The notes beneath the pieces were generated by a model. That model was not told the origin of the DNA and made no database searches. It saw only the letters and a list, made by a program, of their open reading frames with translations. The position numbers and the translations under genes were made by a program. From assembly GCA_965261395.1 (NCBI GenBank), contig OZ253462.1:576001-640000 (forward strand): a stretch of 64,000 nt of DNA, given 5' to 3'. The stretch's first letter is position 1. Each line of letters starts with the position of its first letter. Positions 19,519-28,717 of this stretch are shown in pieces. The DNA comes from Candidatus Latescibacterota bacterium. Its GTDB lineage: Bacteria > Latescibacterota > UBA2968 > UBA8231.

Positions 19519-20448
19519 GAAGCCGTCTGAAAACTCTAATTTTCATTTGATTCGTTTAAGTAGCAAGTGGATCATGGCAATCTGGATCAAGGCTTCACTA
19601 TGGCGGGTCAAGACCTCATAATCTCTCGCATGTCGGCGAAAATTCATCAACCACGCCAAGGTGCGCTCGACGACCCACCGGCGTTTAACTAGGGTAAATC
19701 CGGAGCCTTGTTTGGCGACGACTTCCAAGTCTATTTTGTGCGTCTTTTTTTGGTTGGCCACCCACGTTCGGATGGCCTCGCCTTGGTAGCCGCCATCAAC
19801 CCACAGCTTGCGTAACCGAGCCACTCCGGCGGCCTTCAAGCGGGTCAACACCTGCTTCAAACCCTCTCGATCATCGACATCGGCGGCGGTGACCACCACC
19901 TGTCGAAGCAAACCCGACGTGTCCACCAACAAATGCCGTTTGCGGCCTTTGATCTTTTTACCGGCGTCATACCCGGTTGTTTTACCATGCGTTGCGGTCT
20001 TAATCGTCTGACTATCGACGCAGCCAGCCGACGGCATCGCCGCCCGGCCGCTCTGGCGGCGTTCCCGCTTGGTCAACCGATCCAACACCGGCGGCCAGAC
20101 CCCTTGCAGGCTCCAGCGACGAAAGTAATCATACCCCGTTTTCCACGGCCCAAAACAAGCAGGCAACAAAGCCCAAGGACACCCCGTCTTGTTCAAATAT
20201 AAAAGGCCGTTGACGATTTGGCGTCGATCCCGCGGCGGCCGACCCGGACCGTGAAGCCGCCAGCGCGGCGCGGGCAGCAACGGTTCGATCCGCTGCCATT
20301 GTCCATCGGTTAGATCGGTGGCATATTGCCTACGCGGCGTACTCATTATACAAGCCTTTCTGTTCAGATTTTGTGGTGAAACCTGAATATGGCTCGATGA
20401 GTACGCCCTTTCAAATTCGGCTACATCAGAGGGTTTTCAGACGGCTTC
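19519..20448 (-). mobile_element. IS5-family insertion sequence (IS1031-like), 930 bp
   Basis: 16-bp terminal inverted repeats GAAGCCGTCTGAAAAC; flanks TTA and TCA (TNA target). Confidence 0.9.
19543..20346 (-). CDS. IS5 family DDE transposase
   Basis: YATDLTDGQW, VDSQT, GYDAGKKIKGRKRH, VDGGY, RWVVERT. Confidence 0.95.
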   Translation of the reverse strand: MSTPRRQYATDLTDGQWQRIEPLLPAPRWRLHGPGRPPRDRRQIVNGLLYLNKTGCPWALLPACFGPWKTGYDYFRRWSLQGVWPPVLDRLTKRERRQSGRAAMPSAGCVDSQTIKTATHGKTTGYDAGKKIKGRKRHLLVDTSGLLRQVVVTAADVDDREGLKQVLTRLKAAGVARLRKLWVDGGYQGEAIRTWVANQKKTHKIDLEVVAKQGSGFTLVKRRWVVERTLAWLMNFRRHARDYEVLTRHSEALIQIAMIHLLLKRIK

Positions 20449-20773
20449 TCAGGGGATTCGAAAAGGGCGGATCTGAACCTTACGTATCCAAATCTATATT
20501 GGAAATGGCACTGGATCTCGGCGTCCCTTGCGTCCCGGGAGATGATTCACATGGGGTTGGGGGAGTTGGATTACATATCGAGAGAGGGATCGAAATACTA
20601 ACGCAGACTGGATTTAGCACTGATTGGCAACTCCCAGGGGCGGGCTACGGCACATCCTAGGAATTAATAAAAAAATGGGCGATAAATTTCCTTTTCAAGT
20701 CGAGACAACGAGACCATCGACTGCAGAGCGCGAAGGACGAAAGTGGCCCATTCGGTTGCGTCGCAACAATTCA

Positions 20774-21196
20774 ATGGAACCGGGCCGGACGTGGATTTTC
20801 ACGGATGGTGGTAGAGAGGGGAGGTTTGCAGCCGCGATTGTCCGTCCTGGCATTGAGGAGTACCGTACGGGCCGGCGAGAAATCAACTCCAACAGCGTCG
20901 TCGCCGAGCTCGACGGAGTCATTCTGGGTCTGGAAAACACCGTCTTGAGAGAAAGGATCACAATCGTATCCGACTATCTCTGGACAGCTCACTACATCAA
21001 CGGATGGAGGAAGGTGCATCACGCGTGTCTTCGTGAGGGGGTAATTCGCGCAAGAAGAATCGTCGAGGACCAAGAATTGAAGGATGTAGTATTTGTCCAT
21101 TATGGAGGAGAGAACGAAGAGGCTGAGTGCGAGTTTTCTAAATGGAATATGATTGCCCATGACCTATGTCAGGATCCGATCCGCTACGTCCGCTGA
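20774..21196 (+). CDS. RNase H (HI)-like protein
   Basis: IFTDGG, AELDGV, IVSD, NMIAHDL. Confidence 0.7.
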   Translation: MEPGRTWIFTDGGREGRFAAAIVRPGIEEYRTGRREINSNSVVAELDGVILGLENTVLRERITIVSDYLWTAHYINGWRKVHHACLREGVIRARRIVEDQELKDVVFVHYGGENEEAECEFSKWNMIAHDLCQDPIRYVR

Positions 21197-21656
21197 CGCC
21201 GAGATTGTAGTGCGGATTTACATCGATTCGTGGAACGCTGGATTTGGCGCACTGCTATCGCAAGCCGACAGAACTGTGGCGCCAGCCCTTGCTGAACGCT
21301 GGCGCCATGATCTTGCTCAGCCTGTCCCACATCGTTGGTGGGTAGCTGAGCGTACGGGTTCAATCGTAGGGTTCGTCGGCATTGGACCCAGCCGAGATCC
21401 GGTGGATGCACGCCTCGGCGAACTTGATACGATCGCTATCGATCCATCGTATTGGCGCACAGGTATTGGCGAGGCATTGATGTCTGTCGCTTTGCGTTAT
21501 CTGGTTGCGGACGGCTACGATGAGGCAATAGTGTGGACCGTAGAAGGTTACGAGCGCGGGATCGCTTTCTACGAGGCCACGGGGTGGTGCCGTGATGGTG
21601 GCGTCCGCGATGAAGGGCGACAAATCCGCTTCCGGCTCGACCTGTCTACCTTATAA
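21159..21656 (+). CDS. GNAT N-acetyltransferase
   Basis: IRSATSAD, YWRTGIGEALM, FYEATGW; the stop lies in TTATAAC. Confidence 0.85.
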   Translation: MTYVRIRSATSADAEIVVRIYIDSWNAGFGALLSQADRTVAPALAERWRHDLAQPVPHRWWVAERTGSIVGFVGIGPSRDPVDARLGELDTIAIDPSYWRTGIGEALMSVALRYLVADGYDEAIVWTVEGYERGIAFYEATGWCRDGGVRDEGRQIRFRLDLSTL

Positions 21657-21730
21657 CACGTTGTTGCGCTGCGCTGATGCGCCTTGGCCTTCGGCAACGC
21701 ACTTGCAGATTCGCAAACTGGCACAACGAT
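21651..21730 (+). other. Degenerate attC-like site
   Basis: TAAC core, then CGTTGT(T)GC pairing with GCACAACG with one extra base; the right core site is missing. Confidence 0.45.
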
Positions 21731-21737
21731 CTCTGAA

Positions 21738-22500
21738 ATGAAAAAAGAAGAATCCATCGACGCAGACTATCTGGCCCCAGCCAAATACGACCAATACTAC
21801 GGTGCGTATGCTACACTTCCAGATTGGTTTCTGGCTGAGCTCGCCTCCCGCGGAAGGGTCCTTGAACTGGCCTGTGGAACAGGCCGGATAGCGATCCCCT
21901 TGGCGGAGCACGGCATTGAGGTCACTGGGATCGACTCTTCGGAGCCGATGCTTAGCCTTGCTAGGTCAAAGGCCAACGGCAGACAGGTGAAGGTCGATTG
22001 GATCTGTGACGATATACGCCGCTTTGACACCGGTAGGCAATATGGGTCAATCTTACTACTACACAACGCTCTATGGCACCTGCACGACCTAGCGGATTTC
22101 GAGGAATGCATCCGCTGCGTGCAGCGTCATCTCGCTCCGGGTGGTTACTTCATTTTGGACGTCTTTGTCCCTGGGCTGGAGATCCTCAATCGCGACCCAA
22201 GCAGACGGTATCCATTCTCTCGATACACAGACGATGAAACTGGACAAGAGGTGCAAGTGACGCAGTCATATAGGTACGAAGCAGACACTTCAGATCGCGC
22301 GCATGGTGCACTACAGAGGAGATTCTGAGGAGATTGTTGGCGGTCTGAATCTCCGGATGTATTTCCCGCAGGAACTGGATGCCCTGCTAAAGTACAATGG
22401 GATAAGGATCAAGGAGAAGTTTGGAAACTGGGATCGAGACGCCTTTGGGCCGGACTCTAGACATCAGCTTTGCTTCTGCACCGCGACGGAGAACGGCTGA
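21738..22500 (+). pseudogene. Class I SAM methyltransferase with a +1 frameshift near 22290
   Basis: VLELACGTG; the C-terminal LRMYFPQELDALLKYNG is in another frame; removing one T rejoins them. Confidence 0.8.
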
Positions 22501-22658
22501 GAAGCCAGTTCTATCGCGAAGATAAATCCCGAACTGCGGATTTTTTTAACGCGAGAATACATTCCAGAATTGTTCAGCCAATAAGCCTTTACTTGAAAGG
22601 TGATACTCTGCTGGCCAAATCTTTCACACCTCTTGAAAATTTTATACAAAGGCAAGAA

Positions 22659-23489
22659 ATGAGTGAATATAAGATCGTTGAAAAAACAGAAGTCCCCGCC
22701 ACAGTCGAATCATTACAGGCTGACTTCCGCGCGCTTGGCGTCAAACCGGGGATGGTCGTGTTGGTGCATTCGTCCTTGAGTGCGCTAGGGTGGGTGTGCG
22801 GAGGAGCTGTGGCGGTCATCGTTGCCCTGCAGGAAGTCTTGGGCTCGGCTGGAACGCTTGTGATGCCCGCCCACTCGCCCGACCTAACTGAACCGAGCAA
22901 GTGGGAAAGTCCGCCCGTCCCCAAGTCGTGGTGGCCGGTAATACGCGAAAACATGCCGGCCTACGATCCATTGCTTACCCCCACTCGTGCTATGGGCATT
23001 ATCGCGGAGACATTCCGCAAGCAAAGAGGCGTTCTCCGCGGTACACATCCGCAAGTCTCGTTTTGTGCATGTGGACCTCAAGCATCGCGCATCATCAATA
23101 ACCATTCATTGGCCTTTGGTATGGGCGAGCATTCGCCGCTTGCGAGAATTTACGATTTGCACGGCTTTGTCCTGCTGCTCGGTGTGGATCATGGAAATAA
23201 TACGTCCATGCACCTTGCGGAACATCGGGCGACCTTTCCAACCAAACGCGTCATCCAGCAGGGTGCACCGATCTCTACGTCGGGTTCGCGGAGATGGACC
23301 ACCTTTGAAGATGTTGACATCGACAGTTCAGATTTTGATCGCATCGGCGAAGACTTTCTGCGATCAGAGGCAGGCCATGCGGTCCGCCGTGGCCGGGTTG
23401 GTCTTGCAGATTGCCAGCTCATGCCACAACGAGACGTCGTGGACTTCACGGTCGGTTGGCTCGAAGAGAATAGAGCGAAACAAGCCTAG
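22659..23489 (+). CDS. AAC(3)/Antibiotic_NAT family N-acetyltransferase (YokD-like)
   Basis: VLVHSSLSALGWVCGG, TLVMPAHS, HPQVSF, LLLGV..NTSMHLAE. Confidence 0.9.
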   Translation: MSEYKIVEKTEVPATVESLQADFRALGVKPGMVVLVHSSLSALGWVCGGAVAVIVALQEVLGSAGTLVMPAHSPDLTEPSKWESPPVPKSWWPVIRENMPAYDPLLTPTRAMGIIAETFRKQRGVLRGTHPQVSFCACGPQASRIINNHSLAFGMGEHSPLARIYDLHGFVLLLGVDHGNNTSMHLAEHRATFPTKRVIQQGAPISTSGSRRWTTFEDVDIDSSDFDRIGEDFLRSEAGHAVRRGRVGLADCQLMPQRDVVDFTVGWLEENRAKQA

Positions 23490-23560
23490 CTGTCCGGTCC
23501 CAGTATTGGGGCCGCATTGTTGTATCGATGATTAAGGCCAAGCGTCCCAGCGCGCTCTGA

Positions 23561-24241
23561 TTAGCGCGCCAGCAAGTCGGCAATCAAAGGAGCGGCCTGA
23601 TGCAGCGAGGGCAGGATTCTGTACGCTTGAGCCTTGGCTTGGGGCGAAGGTTTCTTGAGGTCGGGCACCATGAGCACGGTCATCCCCGCGGTGTGGGCCG
23701 ATTGGACTCCAGCTTCCGAATCCTCTAGGGCGATACAAGCAGCCGGGGGCAATCCCAATCGGCGGGCTGCCTCCAAGTAGAGATCAGGGGCTGGCTTGCC
23801 GCAGGCAACTTGGTCACTGGTGACAATGTGGGCAAAGCGGTCCGCCAAACCGCTCGCTTCCAAGGTCTCCGCAGCCTGCTTGGCGCTGGAAGAAGTGGCC
23901 ACTGCTCTAGGAACGGCCGGCGCCTCAAGCTGGTCGAGCAAGGGCAGCAGGCCGGGCTTGGTATCAATGCCGTGTTCTTCCACTTGCCGGTACCATTGGT
24001 CTGCCCCCAACTCGGTAAAGCGCTGCAAGGGAAAAGCGGGGCCAAAGTAGGCACCTACCTTTTTTAGGGCTTCCTTGGTGGGAGTGCCAATCAAGGTCAG
24101 ATAGAACTCGTCGTCCAGTGCGTAACCCAACGCCGCAGCGGCTCGTTGCCAAGCAGCCTGATACAAAGGCTCGGTGTCGAGCATGAGACCGTCCATGTCA
24201 AAGACGACGGCGCGCAGGGAAGTTGAGGTGGTGATAACTAT
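23561..24241 (-). CDS. HAD family phosphatase (start codon uncertain)
   Basis: LRAVVFDMDGLMLDTE, GKPAPD, LEDS; motif I begins upstream of the first ATG (24196). Confidence 0.85.
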   Translation of the reverse strand: MVITTSTSLRAVVFDMDGLMLDTEPLYQAAWQRAAAALGYALDDEFYLTLIGTPTKEALKKVGAYFGPAFPLQRFTELGADQWYRQVEEHGIDTKPGLLPLLDQLEAPAVPRAVATSSSAKQAAETLEASGLADRFAHIVTSDQVACGKPAPDLYLEAARRLGLPPAACIALEDSEAGVQSAHTAGMTVLMVPDLKKPSPQAKAQAYRILPSLHQAAPLIADLLAR

Positions 24242-24251
24242 ACCGGCCCGC

Positions 24252-25706
24252 TTAGGAGTCCACGGCGACGGCCGTAGCTGTCTCTTGCGTTATGACCGCA
24301 CTGCGCACTAAGGCCAGCTTATTGGCCGCGTTGAAGGCCGCCACTTTGTAGCACTCGGCCAGCGTCGGATAGTTGAACACCGTGCGAATAAAGTAGTCTA
24401 GGCCGCCGCCCAGTCCCAACACCGCCTGCCCCACGTGAATCAGTTCGGTAGCACCCGTACCAATGCAATGCGCACCGAGCAGACGGCCGTCCTCGCGGTG
24501 GAAAATCAGCTTGACCATGCCCGAGTCGTCGCCGAGAATCTGCCCGCGCGAGATCTCCTTGTAGTGGGCGATGCCCGTTTCATACGGCACGCGCTCGCGG
24601 GTGAGTTCCGCCTCGGTCGCCCCCACCATGGAAATCTCTGGAATCGCGTAGATGCCTACGGGAAAGTGGCTGCCCATCGGCTGCGCCTCCACCCCGAACA
24701 TGTGGCACGCGGCCAAGCGGCCCTGCTCGCTGGAGGTAGCCGCCAGCGCGGGAAAGCCGATGACATCGCCCGCCGCGTAGATGTTGTCCACCCCTGTGCA
24801 GTGGTGCTCATCTACCTTCAGACGCCCCCGGTCATCCGCTTGCAAGCCCACGGCTTCGAGGTCGAGCGCGTCGGTAGCACCGGTGCGGCCGGCGGAAAAC
24901 AGCACCACATCGGCGACGATGTGCTTGCCCGACTCCAGTTCGATGAGGCCCTTGGGCTGGGGCACCTGGACCACTTCGATGTGCTCGACCGCTTCCCCGC
25001 AGCGAAAGGTCACATCGGCCTTGCGCATCTGGTGGATGAGTTCATCGACGATCTCGTGGTCGAGGAACTCAAGCGGGCGCGGACGGCGGTCAATGACCGT
25101 CACTTGGACTCCCAACGCTGCGAACATCGATGCATATTCAATACCGACGACCCCGGCACCGACCACGGCGATGTTGCGCGGCAAGCGCTCTAGGCCGAGG
25201 ACGTGGTCTGAGGTCATAATCGTCTGGCCGTCTGGCGACAGATCGGGCGGATTGCTGGTGCGTGAACCCACGGCGATAAGTACCTTGTCCACTGACAACT
25301 TGCGCCGGCCGTCGAAGGATTCGATCTGTAAGGTATGCTGATCGACAAACGAGGCGCGGCCCCGAATGACCTCGATGTCGTTGCGCGACAGATTCTCCTG
25401 GACGACGAAGATCTCGCGCTCGATGACGCGCTCGACGTGGCCGACCAGTTGCTGCATGGTCGGCCGCGCTCGGGGACGGAATTGCTCGTTGGCTTCCAAG
25501 CCAGGGCGCGAATAGGCACGCTGGACGGCTTCGCGGAAAGTCTTGGAGGGGATCGTGCCGGTCTCAATACAGACGCCGCCGACCATCTGCTGCTTTTCGA
25601 CCACGGCGACTTTTTTGCCTAACTTGGCTGCTTGAATGGCGGCACGCTGGCCAGCGGGGCCGCTGCCAATGCATACGAGGTCGTAAGTGTGGGAATTGTT
25701 GCTCAC
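24252..25706 (-). CDS. sthA: Soluble pyridine nucleotide transhydrogenase
   Basis: GGVCIETGTIPSK (CxxxxT), GIYAIPEIS, VFNYPTLAECYKVAA; GGAGG before GTG. Confidence 0.9.
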   Translation of the reverse strand: MSNNSHTYDLVCIGSGPAGQRAAIQAAKLGKKVAVVEKQQMVGGVCIETGTIPSKTFREAVQRAYSRPGLEANEQFRPRARPTMQQLVGHVERVIEREIFVVQENLSRNDIEVIRGRASFVDQHTLQIESFDGRRKLSVDKVLIAVGSRTSNPPDLSPDGQTIMTSDHVLGLERLPRNIAVVGAGVVGIEYASMFAALGVQVTVIDRRPRPLEFLDHEIVDELIHQMRKADVTFRCGEAVEHIEVVQVPQPKGLIELESGKHIVADVVLFSAGRTGATDALDLEAVGLQADDRGRLKVDEHHCTGVDNIYAAGDVIGFPALAATSSEQGRLAACHMFGVEAQPMGSHFPVGIYAIPEISMVGATEAELTRERVPYETGIAHYKEISRGQILGDDSGMVKLIFHREDGRLLGAHCIGTGATELIHVGQAVLGLGGGLDYFIRTVFNYPTLAECYKVAAFNAANKLALVRSAVITQETATAVAVDS

Positions 25707-25835
25707 GGAGGACCTCCCGGGATGAGGAGCTTCGGGGCGAGAGCGTGAATGTACAGCATAAACATATAAATTGCAGGTGACAATCGAGTGTCGAGCAGCA
25801 GACCGTGGTTTCATTTTTGAAAGGGGAAAAGACCC

Positions 25836-26738
25836 ATGAGCAATCACATCGTCGTATCGAGCATTTCCTACGCCCCGATCAGCGGGACGGACCAAGAGGT
25901 GATGGAGCAAACCCACAAGGACCTAGAGGACTTGGTGGGCCGAGTTGCCCAAGCAACTAGGCCCGATCTGATCGTCCTGCCCGAGACCATCTGCCGAAAC
26001 TGCGACGAAGAAGTGCCAGAGGGGCCGACAACCCGACTGCTGGCCGACTTGGCCCGGCAGTATAGCTGCTATATTACCGTGCCGGTGCATCAGAAGGAGC
26101 GCAAGAGCGGGGCGGTTTTCAACGTCCTCGGGCTGCTCGACCGACAGGGGGAATTGGCCGGTGTCTACCGCAAGTACATCCCGGTGTACCCGGAGTTCGA
26201 CCACGGCACTCGTCCAGGGCCAGGCGCGGCCCTAATCCAAACCGACTTTGGGCCGGTGGGTGGGGTGATCTGTTTTGATCTAAACTTCGGCGAGTTGCGG
26301 GCCCAGTACAAAAAGCTCAAGCCGAAATTGCTGCTCTTCAGCTCCATGTATCACGGCGGGCTGGTGCAGAACTTTTGGGCTTTGGATGTGCAGGCCTTTT
26401 TCGTCGGCTCGGTGTACAAGGGAACGCCCTGCACCATTATCGATCCGCAGGGCACCACCCTAGCCCAGAGTAATAACTACCAAAGCTGGGCCACGGCGCG
26501 CATCAATCTAGACTACGAGGTAGTGCATCTCGACAAAAATCAGGCTAGGTTCGACGATATCCATCGTCAATATGGCGAGGCCGTGCGCATTGTCACGACC
26601 GGGCAAGTGGGTACTTCAGTGATCTACAGCGAGACGGCGGAGAGTACCGCAGCCGACATTGTCGATGAATTCGAGCTAGTACGACTGGACGAGTACTTCG
26701 ACTGGTCGAGGGAACTGCGGACAGAGCATCTGGCGTGA
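25836..26738 (+). CDS. Carbon-nitrogen hydrolase (nitrilase superfamily)
   Basis: Catalytic triad E (LPE), K (YRK), C (ICFD). Confidence 0.9.
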   Translation: MSNHIVVSSISYAPISGTDQEVMEQTHKDLEDLVGRVAQATRPDLIVLPETICRNCDEEVPEGPTTRLLADLARQYSCYITVPVHQKERKSGAVFNVLGLLDRQGELAGVYRKYIPVYPEFDHGTRPGPGAALIQTDFGPVGGVICFDLNFGELRAQYKKLKPKLLLFSSMYHGGLVQNFWALDVQAFFVGSVYKGTPCTIIDPQGTTLAQSNNYQSWATARINLDYEVVHLDKNQARFDDIHRQYGEAVRIVTTGQVGTSVIYSETAESTAADIVDEFELVRLDEYFDWSRELRTEHLA

Positions 26739-26808
26739 GTGCAAGGAATTCTAGAATTTAGGCGTAGATCAATCGCAACGCTCAAATAGTTCACGGAGAT
26801 AGCCCCAA

Positions 26809-27849
26809 ATGGCAGCGAAACTCGCCAGCAGCATGAAGGTATTCCATCATAAGCCAGACATATCCCGTGCGCAGATCGATGCTCTTTTTGCGAAGCACGA
26901 CTTCAGCTTGTCGCGGTCGATCACCCACCTAGAAAGTAATTGCACAAACCAAGTTTTCATGGTCGAGACACACTCGCACGGAGACGTCGTATTGAAGATT
27001 CAGTTTCGGCGAGTCCGCGGCTGGAGTTTGAAAACGGAGTTCATCGTAACAAAGGCATTGCGAGGCGCGGCCGATGTTCCAGTATCTGAGTCTCTGGTCT
27101 ATGACGGTGATGAAGAACCACTGGGCTTTGAATGTCTTTTGATCCCACGCGAGCCGGGTGAGTCGGGGCTCAGTTACTACTTGGCCGCCTCTCGTGCACA
27201 GCGCTTGCAGTTGGGTTCGCTACTAGGACAAACGGTCGCCCATGTACACCGCCAACAATGCCCGGACGAACTGCAATCTCAGACGCAGAGAGACCTTACG
27301 TCATGGAGAGACCTTACGTCATGGGAAGAGACGACCCGGGAAGCACTTTTGGGTGAGGAGGAGTTGGCTTCTTCCGTAGCGGAAATTTTGCCGGAACTTT
27401 CAGAGAAGCTATTAGCTGCTATGGATCCATTGCCCAAAATCAAGGTACATGGCGGAAACGTCCTTCTATGGGGAGAAGCAGGACTGCACAACGTGCTCGT
27501 AGAGAACGGTAGCTCTCTGCGAATCTCCAACGTCCACGACTTCCAATCGGCTGGCTGGGGAACCGCAATCTACGATTTGCAGCTAGCTGAGGGTGAATAC
27601 ATAGCCAAGCCAAGTTCGGAGCACTTCGAGACCGGCTACATAGATGCTTTTCGATCTTCCTACAAGGCCGTCATTGGCCAGCCTCCTACCGAATTATCGG
27701 CTGTAGAGGAAAAGGTATTGTCAATTATTAAGAATCTCCGCCAAGTACGGTTCTTCTGGGACTGCGGCCGTCTTTTGCATCCCAAGACACCAGAATACGT
27801 GGGTGCGGCAATTGCAGATCTTGAGAGCCTACATGGATATACAGGCTAA
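26809..27849 (+). CDS. Aminoglycoside phosphotransferase/kinase-fold protein
   Basis: NQVF, VVLK, WGEAGLHNVLV (Brenner-like motif), DFQ, G...YDL. Confidence 0.7.
   Translation: MAAKLASSMKVFHHKPDISRAQIDALFAKHDFSLSRSITHLESNCTNQVFMVETHSHGDVVLKIQFRRVRGWSLKTEFIVTKALRGAADVPVSESLVYDGDEEPLGFECLLIPREPGESGLSYYLAASRAQRLQLGSLLGQTVAHVHRQQCPDELQSQTQRDLTSWRDLTSWEETTREALLGEEELASSVAEILPELSEKLLAAMDPLPKIKVHGGNVLLWGEAGLHNVLVENGSSLRISNVHDFQSAGWGTAIYDLQLAEGEYIAKPSSEHFETGYIDAFRSSYKAVIGQPPTELSAVEEKVLSIIKNLRQVRFFWDCGRLLHPKTPEYVGAAIADLESLHGYTG
27289..27324 (+). repeat. Perfect 18-bp tandem duplication (RDLTSW x2)
   Basis: AGAGACCTTACGTCATGG occurs twice, in frame. Confidence 0.9.
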
Positions 27850-28573
27850 ATACGACGATCGCGATTGGTTTAAGACGCTCCATGGCAGCTTATGGCTTCG
27901 CCCGGATGAAGGCGGCGAGGACGAGGCTGATTCTCTGCGACGGATGTTACATATCAGAAACGGACAGCGCGTCCTAGATGCCCCTTGTGGCGCGGGTCGT
28001 GTCGCTTACCATCTGGCTAAGTACGGGGTAGAAGTAGTCGGTATCGACCTGCGATTGACTTTCATAAACCGGGCTAAACGAAGATTTAGCAGAGACGGGG
28101 TGCAAGCCGATCTTAGAAGCATGGATCTGCGTTCGATTGAGTTCGAAAACGAGTTCCACGCGATTTACAATTGGTTCAACAGCTTTGGATATTTCTCTGA
28201 CGGCGAGAATGCCGAGGTGGTGAGGCGATTTGCCCGTGCATTGCGTCCTGGTGGACGACTTCTGATCGATCACCTAAATCGCGAGCGAATACTGCGGAAC
28301 TTTCGTCCTGTGAGCGTCAATCATGGAGTGCTCTTTAGATCGAAGTGGGATTCTCGTGCAGAGCGTCTCATTGGGCAACGTGTGATTGGCGGGATCGCAG
28401 AAGACGAAAGCCGATCATCTCAACGCCTCTACACCCTGTCGCAAATGCGAAATCTGCTTGCCTCGGCAGGTCTCGATGTGGAGACCGTATATGGTTCGTT
28501 GAGTTGCGAGCCGTACCATCGAGGTAGCCATCAGATGATTATCGTCGCTCGTAAGCCATCGACGAAACGTTAG
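27833..28573 (+). CDS. Class I SAM methyltransferase
   Basis: VLDAPCGAGR, NSFGYF, LRPGGRLLID; overlaps the kinase stop codon. Confidence 0.9.
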   Translation: MDIQAKYDDRDWFKTLHGSLWLRPDEGGEDEADSLRRMLHIRNGQRVLDAPCGAGRVAYHLAKYGVEVVGIDLRLTFINRAKRRFSRDGVQADLRSMDLRSIEFENEFHAIYNWFNSFGYFSDGENAEVVRRFARALRPGGRLLIDHLNRERILRNFRPVSVNHGVLFRSKWDSRAERLIGQRVIGGIAEDESRSSQRLYTLSQMRNLLASAGLDVETVYGSLSCEPYHRGSHQMIIVARKPSTKR

Positions 28574-28661
28574 ATACAATGGGAAATTACAAAATCAAAT
28601 CATCTGTTGAGAAATCTGAACCCACCGCCTCATTGTAGGCCATAGGCTGAGGATTGGACCT

Positions 28662-28700
28662 GTAAAAGGGCCGGCTTCCCCGCGAAGCCGGCCCTTTTAC
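28662..28700. terminator. Bidirectional intrinsic terminator
   Basis: GTAAAAGGGCCGGCTTC-loop-GAAGCCGGCCCTTTTAC between convergent genes. Confidence 0.85.
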
Positions 28701-28717
28701 TACCAACGCGGTGCTCC

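Larger units (their letters stand above)
18855..20660 (+). pseudogene. Histidinol-phosphatase HisJ/PHP family gene disrupted by IS5
   Basis: ITEH, GSVH, GHFD before the IS; GDDSH after it. Removing the IS restores ...DFNLRGFEKGG... Confidence 0.85.

Noticed and set aside
16476-21730. CRISPR array or tRNA interpretation of the repeats
   Set aside because: Copies are gene-spaced and divergent, with no constant spacers and no cloverleaf.
22659-23489. Bona fide aminoglycoside resistance gene
   Set aside because: The Antibiotic_NAT family includes many YokD-like enzymes with other substrates; resistance cannot be inferred from motifs.
26750-26808. TTAGGC upstream of the kinase as an attC/attI core
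   Set aside because: It lacks the G of GTT and has no matching TAAC box or palindrome.
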